Assembly: GCA_964633615.1 (NCBI GenBank)
Contig: CAZWHH010000001.1
Span: forward strand, 1-32,121
Source of the DNA: an uncultured Bacteroidales bacterium
GTDB taxonomy: Bacteria > Bacteroidota > Bacteroidia > Bacteroidales > UBA12077
Direction of reading: 5' to 3'
Length of the DNA stretch: 32,121 nt
The translations under genes and the position numbers were made by a program. The stretch's first letter is position 1; the number at the start of each line of letters is the position of its first letter. Below are positions 25,955-32,121 of the stretch, piece after piece. The notes under the pieces were generated by a model. It was given only the letters and a program-made list of their open reading frames with translations, did no database searches and was not told where the DNA came from.

Positions 25955-27454
25955 TTAATCAGAAAAATATACATCAGCTCCTTCATTAGTATTATCCCCA
26001 TGAGTATTATTATTATAAACATTGTAAAAATTTTCTACAGGTGGATAATTATTGCGAATCCACAATTCTTCTGATTCACATTCCAGAACATCCACATTGT
26101 TATACACATAAATGCCTCCACAAAATCGTTGAGCCCAATTGTTTTTAATATCATTGTTATGCACTACTGCTTTAACAATATTTCTAAGGTAAACTCCACC
26201 TCCATCAGAAGCACCATATCCATCTGCATTGTTTCCGGAAATAACGTTGTTTGTAATGGTAACATAATTGCTGTTAAATCTTACATAAACCCCTCCGCCA
26301 AAACGATATGCATTATTATCAAAGATTTGATTGTTGTCGATTGTTGCCGTGGAAGAATAGCTAATAATGATTCCTCCGCCACCATGATTAAGATTCCAGG
26401 CATAGTTCTCCGAAATGGTGTTGTTTGATATATCGGCAATACTGCTATAGGTTACTGAAATTGCACCACCCGTGCCATATCTGGTATCTGATGCGCTTCC
26501 GGCACTGTTCCCTGAAATAGTGTTTCCTGTAATTACCGCTTCCGATTCATCGTATATCAGGATAGCGCCATTCTGTTTTGCGGCATTATCTGTAATGGTG
26601 TTATTAGAAATATTTGCCTGTGATTTTTTACTGATAGTTATTCCACAGGCAGAATAATCTCCACTCCCTGTGTTATTGGTAATTGTATTGTTAGAAATTT
26701 CCGCGGTAGATGCTGCGGTAACTTTTATAGCTCCGGTACCAAACTCTGTTGTATTATTATTTATTGTATTATTCGAAATTACTGCAGATGATTCATCTGT
26801 ATAGGTACTGCCAATATGAATTACCCCATCAACATTTAAATGATTTTTAAAGATATTGCTATCAATGATAACAGAAGATTCATCCATTACGTAAATTGCA
26901 GTACCTCTGCTTCCATTGGCAACATTAGCATTAAAGATATTCCCTTCTATTTTTGGTTGTGATTGACCACTGACGCAGATACCAGCTCCATACTTTGCAG
27001 TATTACTGATGAAAACACTATTTTTTATTACAGGACTTGAATTATTCTTAATTAAAACACCTCCACCATTTGATGTTCCTGCATCTCCGTTAATAATAGT
27101 AAAACCATTTAGCACAGATGAATTTGTCTCGCCATTATCAAAAGTAACCACAGTTCCTTGTGTGTTCCCATCAATAATGGTCGTTCCTACTACTCCTGTG
27201 TCATTAGGGTCTGTACTGCAAACTATAACTTTTTTCCCGATAAAATTTATATTTTCTTGATATATGCCTGGTTGTACAAATATTGTACTGCCATCAACAG
27301 AAGCATTTATTGCGGATTGAATAGAAAAATAATCCTCAGGAACATTAAAAGTTTTGTTTTCTTCATCATTTTCTGGCTCTTCTACTTTTTTCTTTTCACA
27401 GGAAAAAATAAGTACAGAACAGAATGCCAGTGTACAAAATATTAGTCTTTTCAT
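25955..27454 (-). CDS. right-handed parallel beta-helix repeat lipoprotein
   Basis: The ORF-track start at 27493 is TTG. The ATG at 27454 gives MKRLIFCTLAFCSVLIFSC, a lipoprotein-type signal with the Cys followed by an acidic stretch. There are ten or more degenerate repeats of roughly 23-30 aa of the I-S-N-N-T-I-x-x-N type (PbH1-like). Confidence 0.8.
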   Translation of the reverse strand: MKRLIFCTLAFCSVLIFSCEKKKVEEPENDEENKTFNVPEDYFSIQSAINASVDGSTIFVQPGIYQENINFIGKKVIVCSTDPNDTGVVGTTIIDGNTQGTVVTFDNGETNSSVLNGFTIINGDAGTSNGGGVLIKNNSSPVIKNSVFISNTAKYGAGICVSGQSQPKIEGNIFNANVANGSRGTAIYVMDESSVIIDSNIFKNHLNVDGVIHIGSTYTDESSAVISNNTINNNTTEFGTGAIKVTAASTAEISNNTITNNTGSGDYSACGITISKKSQANISNNTITDNAAKQNGAILIYDESEAVITGNTISGNSAGSASDTRYGTGGAISVTYSSIADISNNTISENYAWNLNHGGGGIIISYSSTATIDNNQIFDNNAYRFGGGVYVRFNSNYVTITNNVISGNNADGYGASDGGGVYLRNIVKAVVHNNDIKNNWAQRFCGGIYVYNNVDVLECESEELWIRNNYPPVENFYNVYNNNTHGDNTNEGADVYFSD

Positions 27455-27549
27455 GATTTTTTTTTTATTACTGTAAAACTTAACTTTTGTCAAAGAAACC
27501 TAACTTATACCATAAATAATAGTAAAAATACGACATAAAGAAAGTATAC

Positions 27550-28434
27550 TCAAAGATTCCCCGCAAAAAGGCTGTTAAAGGCATTTTCCTTTTTGAAGTA
27601 ACATAGGGGTGAACGGCCGGTAAATTCTTTAAACTCACTAATCATGTGAGACAAGTCAAAATAACCAAGGGAAAATGTGATATCCTGTAAATTTACATTC
27701 TTAAAGTACTTTATCTGATGATAAGCTTTATTGAAGCGAATAATCCTATACAGCATTTTAGGGCTTATCCCAACATCTTCTCTTACTTTACGTTGCAAAG
27801 TACGGCTGCATAAATTCAATTTTTGCTCAAGTTCTTTGATTTTAATATTACTATTTCTAAAATGATCTATCACGGCATATGTAACTGAACAAAAATCAGA
27901 ATCATTCCTGCCTAATAATTTCCGTAGATAATTTTCAATAATCACAATTTTCATATTATCACCTTTTGCCTCAGACAGCTCATTATATATTTCTTTTTGA
28001 ATTCCCGGATTTATCTCATTCAGGCTTATGGCCTTGTTTGTGAATTCAGCACTACTAATATCAAACAAAAAATTAAGTGTATAAGGTTGCAGCTTAACAC
28101 AAAAACAGTTTAAATGCCTGTTTAAATGTACATAAATTGGTTTTGTAATTTGTCCGGCAACTAAGGCAACTGTAGCGTCATTTGTTAAATTTCCTTCTGG
28201 TGTATCAATGGAAACAGAATCACCAAAATGAAAAAAAAGCTCTGGATAACCGGAGGGTGAAATTTTTGCAATTCTTTTAAGTTTTGTAGTATCTTCGTTC
28301 TGAACTATCCAATAATATTTAACATAACTGGCCAAATCTTCAGAAGGAGTAAAACACCTTACATTTATACCATGAAAAGGGTCATTAGTTAATGGTTGAT
28401 CTAAATAACAAGAAGTCCGTAAAGTATTTTCCAT
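27550..28434 (-). CDS. AraC-family transcriptional regulator
   Basis: 294 aa with a C-terminal double HTH region (LNLCSRTLQRKVREDVGISPKMLYRIIRFNKAY...LGYFDLSHMISEFKEFTGRSP). The N-terminal domain is non-conserved and is presumably the sensing domain. Confidence 0.85.
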   Translation of the reverse strand: MENTLRTSCYLDQPLTNDPFHGINVRCFTPSEDLASYVKYYWIVQNEDTTKLKRIAKISPSGYPELFFHFGDSVSIDTPEGNLTNDATVALVAGQITKPIYVHLNRHLNCFCVKLQPYTLNFLFDISSAEFTNKAISLNEINPGIQKEIYNELSEAKGDNMKIVIIENYLRKLLGRNDSDFCSVTYAVIDHFRNSNIKIKELEQKLNLCSRTLQRKVREDVGISPKMLYRIIRFNKAYHQIKYFKNVNLQDITFSLGYFDLSHMISEFKEFTGRSPLCYFKKENAFNSLFAGNL

Positions 28435-28883
28435 ATTATGATGTATTGCACCTAAACCAGTTGAAAAAATTTTATAAGTATCCCTTTTGATTTCATAACC
28501 CCTCTCAAGATACGCATACTTTAGTTATAGATCAAATATTTTTTCTTATTAGTGGAAAGTTAGAAATCAAAGATTCTTAAAAGATATTTATTTGATAATT
28601 AATGAGGAATAGCGTAACTTGTTAATCAGTGTTAGGGGAATAATGTATCCAAAGCTTTTTTTTGGCTTTTGTTAATTCCTTTAAACTTTATAAGCCATGG
28701 GTATTTTACTTTTAAACTTCAGTATTTACTATATATATATTACTCCAATGCCCTTCATCTGTATTATGTGGAAAAAAGACAATGAATAAAGCATGAGGGT
28801 TACATGGGATGCAGTATCAAAAAATAGAGATTTTATTAGAAATAAGTCTCAGAATATAAAACTAATAATCAAACCTTATACTA

Positions 28884-30431
28884 ATGAAAACAAACTATAA
28901 TTTACGCTCCGGGCTTTTCAAAAGTCTTTGGAAATTAATGATGACAAGGTCTTTCATTGTTTTAACAATTGCGATACTGGTTACTGGTTTGTCTGTACCT
29001 TATGATACTTCAAATGAAGGAATATGGTCAAATTTACGATGGCGCAATAAAAACGCTGGGGCAAATGCTACCCGGGAGCCCATGATGTCCAAAGCTGAAG
29101 GGATTATACAAATATTTAAAAGAGCGCCGGTTTTTAATCCTCCGAAAGGAATGAGAATAGTTCCTGTGGGAGATTTTCTAAAAGGGATTTCTTTGCCTGA
29201 AGGTAAGATTTCTTCTGGTCGTTTATCTTTGGATTTGGGGATAAGGATTCCGTCGGAAGCTCATCGTGCTGTTGCCAATATTTATATTTGGATAAACGAC
29301 CCGATATTTTTACTTGGCGAGCCGATACTCAGCGACAGAACTGGTAAAATTTTTCTGCTTCCTCCTTTAACAGGAAAGCTGGCAGGTCAGCCTGTCCGTT
29401 CCCGCTCTGCTCACCCTCCGGGCTATGAAGAAAAATATCCTTCGGGAAGTATGTTCCCTCTATGGGCTACAGATCAAGAGCCATACCTCAGGACGGTTGT
29501 CCGTCCAACATTTAAACTTGCTAAGGGAACGGTTACAACCATGTTTACTTCAGGAGGAAAACCTTTCTGGAAACCTGTTTCCCAGGAACGTTGGATTAAA
29601 GCAATGATAGAGAATGCAAAAAAAGAGCTGACTGATTTAAGGGCAGCTGTTGGAGTGGCAGAAAAATCAGAGATTACAACTCAGCAAATAATCCAAATGA
29701 AAAGTTATATGAAGAGGATTCGCAGTCTGTATGATGAAAAAGCAATTGTTAAAAGACATACGAGCTCCATGGACCAGGCAATGAATTTTTACAATATGAT
29801 GAAAGAAACAAATCCTGAGGAGGCAGAAAAGTACTATCAGAAAACCATTGCGAAATCAGAAAAGAGTCTCCAGGAAGCACTTGATGCAGCAGAAGAATCC
29901 AGGGCAGAGCTTGGAGAATATGAAAAAAAATTGATACAAGCACTCATTACCCGGGAAGATGTTTGGAATGATGCTGAGACTTCAATAAACCAGGGTGACT
30001 GGGATGCATTGGAAAAATCCGGCAGGGAAAACGAGATTGATAAGCTTGTGTATCTTGCAGATGCAGGCAGAGCAATACCTAAACTTAAGGCAGAATTGAA
30101 GAGTTTGTCACAGGCACAACTCAATGCACCAGCTTATGGTTTTGAGCTCCCTCCTGACCATTCGCTGGGTGTACACAAAAATGTGGCTGCTATGTCATTT
30201 AAGTCAAAACGCCCCTCTGGATTGGTCAGCCCGGATACTGATGGCGCCCGCCCATTAATTAGTATCGATCCTGACTTTTTCAATGTGAGTGAAAACAATT
30301 CGGAGATTCAAATTCTGGCAGTAGAGTGGTCAGGATATCATAAACTTAACCATCCTTTAGGGGAAGGCACAATGCCGCATATTATATGGCGTGATATTGA
30401 CTGGAATGAATTGAAAAACACGGTGAAATAA
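28884..30431 (+). CDS. hypothetical membrane-anchored/secreted protein with central charged helical region
   Basis: 515 aa with an N-terminal hydrophobic segment FIVLTIAILVTGLSV. The Lys/Glu-rich helical middle (residues about 235-410) has a coiled-coil look. No family recognised. Confidence 0.55.
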   Translation: MKTNYNLRSGLFKSLWKLMMTRSFIVLTIAILVTGLSVPYDTSNEGIWSNLRWRNKNAGANATREPMMSKAEGIIQIFKRAPVFNPPKGMRIVPVGDFLKGISLPEGKISSGRLSLDLGIRIPSEAHRAVANIYIWINDPIFLLGEPILSDRTGKIFLLPPLTGKLAGQPVRSRSAHPPGYEEKYPSGSMFPLWATDQEPYLRTVVRPTFKLAKGTVTTMFTSGGKPFWKPVSQERWIKAMIENAKKELTDLRAAVGVAEKSEITTQQIIQMKSYMKRIRSLYDEKAIVKRHTSSMDQAMNFYNMMKETNPEEAEKYYQKTIAKSEKSLQEALDAAEESRAELGEYEKKLIQALITREDVWNDAETSINQGDWDALEKSGRENEIDKLVYLADAGRAIPKLKAELKSLSQAQLNAPAYGFELPPDHSLGVHKNVAAMSFKSKRPSGLVSPDTDGARPLISIDPDFFNVSENNSEIQILAVEWSGYHKLNHPLGEGTMPHIIWRDIDWNELKNTVK

Positions 30432-30447
30432 AAGAAAACATCTATTT

Positions 30448-30465
30448 TTACCGTTTTGGCGGTAA
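30448..30465. promoter_or_regulatory. perfect inverted repeat TTACCG-N6-CGGTAA, candidate HipB operator 1
   Basis: Read directly as ttaccgttttggcggtaa, 79 nt upstream of the hipB ATG. Confidence 0.5.
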
Positions 30466-30519
30466 TATTTATTATTTTTAACCTAAATAAGTTGCAAAGT
30501 ATAATATAAACACTTATAT

Positions 30520-30537
30520 TTACCGCTAAAACAGTAA
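30520..30537. promoter_or_regulatory. imperfect inverted repeat TTACCG-N6-CAGTAA, candidate HipB operator 2
   Basis: Read directly as ttaccgctaaaacagtaa, ending 6 nt before the hipB ATG. It has the same half-site and spacing as operator 1. A TATAAT hexamer (30500-30505) lies between the two repeats. Confidence 0.45.
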
Positions 30538-30543
30538 TTTACT

Positions 30544-30783
30544 ATGGATTACATACAACATCTGGGTGATATTATCAAATTTCATAGGAAAAAAGCCGGT
30601 CTTAGTCAAAAATCATTAGCTGATGTGGCAGGTGTTGGGAAAACCGTTGTATTTGATATTGAAAAAGGAAAAGAAACCGTCCGGTTTAAATCAATTATTC
30701 ATGTGCTGAAAGCATTAAATATTACTATAGAACTGAATAGTCCATTAATGGATAAATATATTACAGAGAATGAGAACAGCTAA
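30544..30783 (+). CDS. hipB: XRE-family HTH protein, HipB-like component of a tripartite Hip module
   Basis: 79 aa with an HTH at KKAGLSQKSLADVAGVGKTVVFDIEKGK. Its stop overlaps the next gene's start by 14 nt. Confidence 0.8.
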   Translation: MDYIQHLGDIIKFHRKKAGLSQKSLADVAGVGKTVVFDIEKGKETVRFKSIIHVLKALNITIELNSPLMDKYITENENS

Positions 30784-31081
30784 AGTATATATGCATAATA
30801 AGCTGGCTGGTTATTTAACTGAGATTGAAAAAAATAAAAAATATAAGTTCTCCTATGACGATAATTATAAAGGTGAGCCTGTCTCATTAACTATGCCAGT
30901 TGAATTTAAAGAATTTAATTTCAATTCTTTTCCCCCTTTTTTTGATGGCCTGTTACCTGAAGGTATACAGCTAGACGGCCTGTTAAGATTTAAAAAAATA
31001 GATAAGGATGATTATTTTAGTCAATTAATTGCTGCAGGAGCAGATCTGGTTGGTGCTGTAAGTGTGGAGGAGATGCTATGA
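30770..31081 (+). CDS. hipS: HipA N-terminal-subdomain protein (HipS-like)
   Basis: 103 aa. KVYMHNKLAGYL...YDDNY...LPEG matches the HipA N-terminal 'couple_hipA' pattern. Its stop overlaps the kinase start (ATGA at 31078-31081). Confidence 0.8.
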   Translation: MRTAKVYMHNKLAGYLTEIEKNKKYKFSYDDNYKGEPVSLTMPVEFKEFNFNSFPPFFDGLLPEGIQLDGLLRFKKIDKDDYFSQLIAAGADLVGAVSVEEML

Positions 31082-32004
31082 ACAAATGTCCTGTTACATA
31101 TGAAAACTGTGAGGATAAGTACGCTCATAATGGGCTAAAATTTCTTTCACGTAATCTTACAGACCTAAAAGACTTAGATTATTCAGCTGAAGAACAAAGA
31201 CATGAAGCTGCAAAACGCGCAACTAAAATGTCTATACAAGGTGTGCAACCAAAGGTGAGTGCGATTCTAAATGTTCAACAATCAAAATTTGAAATTGTCG
31301 ATATTAAAGGAAAATATATAATAAAACCACAACATCATACCTACCCACAATTGCCGGAAAACGAAGATGTAACCATGAAAATGGCTTCAAAATGTGGAAT
31401 TGACACTCCGGTACATGGCATGGTTTACTCTAAGGATGGTACCTTATCTTATTTTATTAAAAGATATGACAGAATTGGCAAGAATAAGAAATTACACGTT
31501 GAAGATTTTGCACAACTGGCTGGTGAGAAAAGAGAAACTAAATACGAATATTCTGTTGAAAAATTAATAAAGTTAATTGATGACAATTGCACATTCCCAC
31601 AAATAGAAAAAATGAAATTTTTTAAGCGATTTTTATTTAATTTTTTAGCGGGAAACGAAGACATGCATCTTAAGAATTATTCAATTATTTCTCAAAATGA
31701 TAAGATAGAATTATGTCCCGCATATGATTTTTTGAATTCAAGTATAATCCTGGGAAAAGATGTCGAAGAAACTGCGTTAACATTAAAAGGTAAGAAGAAA
31801 AACCTCACTAAAAATATTCTAATCGATTATTTGGGACTGGAAAGATTAGACCTTAACAAAAAAGTGATTAATAAAACCCTGAAAGAATTAAAAATTGCAA
31901 TACCATTATGGTTTGAACTAATAAATAATTCATTCTTAAGAGAAAATCTAAAAGATGATTATAAAGAACTGTTAAAAAAAAGAATACAAGTGCTTGATTT
32001 ATAG
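31078..32004 (+). CDS. hipT: HipA-family Ser/Thr kinase core lacking the N-terminal subdomain (HipT-like toxin)
   Basis: 308 aa with Gly-rich loop MSIQGVQPK, catalytic loop GNEDMHLKNYS and Mg-binding CPAYDFLNS. Confidence 0.85.
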   Translation: MNKCPVTYENCEDKYAHNGLKFLSRNLTDLKDLDYSAEEQRHEAAKRATKMSIQGVQPKVSAILNVQQSKFEIVDIKGKYIIKPQHHTYPQLPENEDVTMKMASKCGIDTPVHGMVYSKDGTLSYFIKRYDRIGKNKKLHVEDFAQLAGEKRETKYEYSVEKLIKLIDDNCTFPQIEKMKFFKRFLFNFLAGNEDMHLKNYSIISQNDKIELCPAYDFLNSSIILGKDVEETALTLKGKKKNLTKNILIDYLGLERLDLNKKVINKTLKELKIAIPLWFELINNSFLRENLKDDYKELLKKRIQVLDL

Positions 32005-32121
32005 TAATATTTGTATTAAAAAATAAACAGACGATTTTCCTGCGAACCTATAAATTCTAATAGATTCGTCGTATTATAATCTTAATTTATTGATAATTAC
32101 GCCTATTTTCCGATACAGAAA

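Noticed and set aside
25955-27454. Periodic nucleotide repetition that might suggest a tandem DNA repeat or CRISPR-like array.
   Set aside because: The periodicity is at the protein level (degenerate beta-helix repeats within one intact ORF). The repeat units are not identical at the DNA level and there are no spacer-like unique inserts.
28730-28740. Short (TA)n run in the AraC/orphan-gene spacer.
   Set aside because: It has only about five units. Runs of that size are expected by chance in such AT-rich non-coding DNA.
1-32121. Screen for rRNA, tRNA, CRISPR arrays, transposases, integrases, or terminal inverted or direct repeats bounding the Hip module or the purine island.
   Set aside because: Nothing of the kind was recognisable by eye. 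No ORF has transposase or recombinase motifs, and I found no long repeated sequences. A computational repeat and tRNA scan would be needed to exclude short att-like repeats.

Overview
This is an AT-rich window in which most start codons lack an obvious Shine-Dalgarno sequence, which suggests a Bacteroidota-like genome (low-confidence inference). About two thirds of it (1003-22696) is one minus-strand array of 18 tightly packed or overlapping genes that reads as an anaerobic purine/urate-type catabolic island. The array holds two paralogous three-subunit molybdenum hydroxylases (FAD, 2Fe-2S and Mo subunits). It also holds clear homologues of E. coli YgfK, SsnA, YgeY and YgeW, an allantoinase/hydantoinase-like cyclic amidohydrolase, and an 8-oxoguanine-deaminase-like amidohydrolase. 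A cofactor-maturation set is present (MocA, an XdhC-type chaperone, a DUF364-like protein). Two fold-type-II PLP enzymes (one ThrC-like, one 494-aa TrpB/OrtB-like) sit where the E. coli cluster has YgeX. No carbamate kinase, purine permease, selD or YqeB/YqeC-type marker is in the window. To the right of the island lie a divergent P-loop NTPase plus a roughly 10-TM membrane protein, a secreted protein, an AraC regulator followed by a beta-helix lipoprotein, and an orphan 515-aa membrane-anchored protein. The window ends with a complete split-HipA (HipB-HipS-HipT type) tripartite toxin-antitoxin operon preceded by two operator-like palindromes. I saw no rRNA, tRNA, CRISPR array, transposase or integrase. 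The best candidate for new biology is the composition of the purine island, namely its PLP enzymes, dual hydroxylases and the YgfK-centred reductive chemistry. All family calls come from motif reading and remembered homologue sequences, not from database searches.
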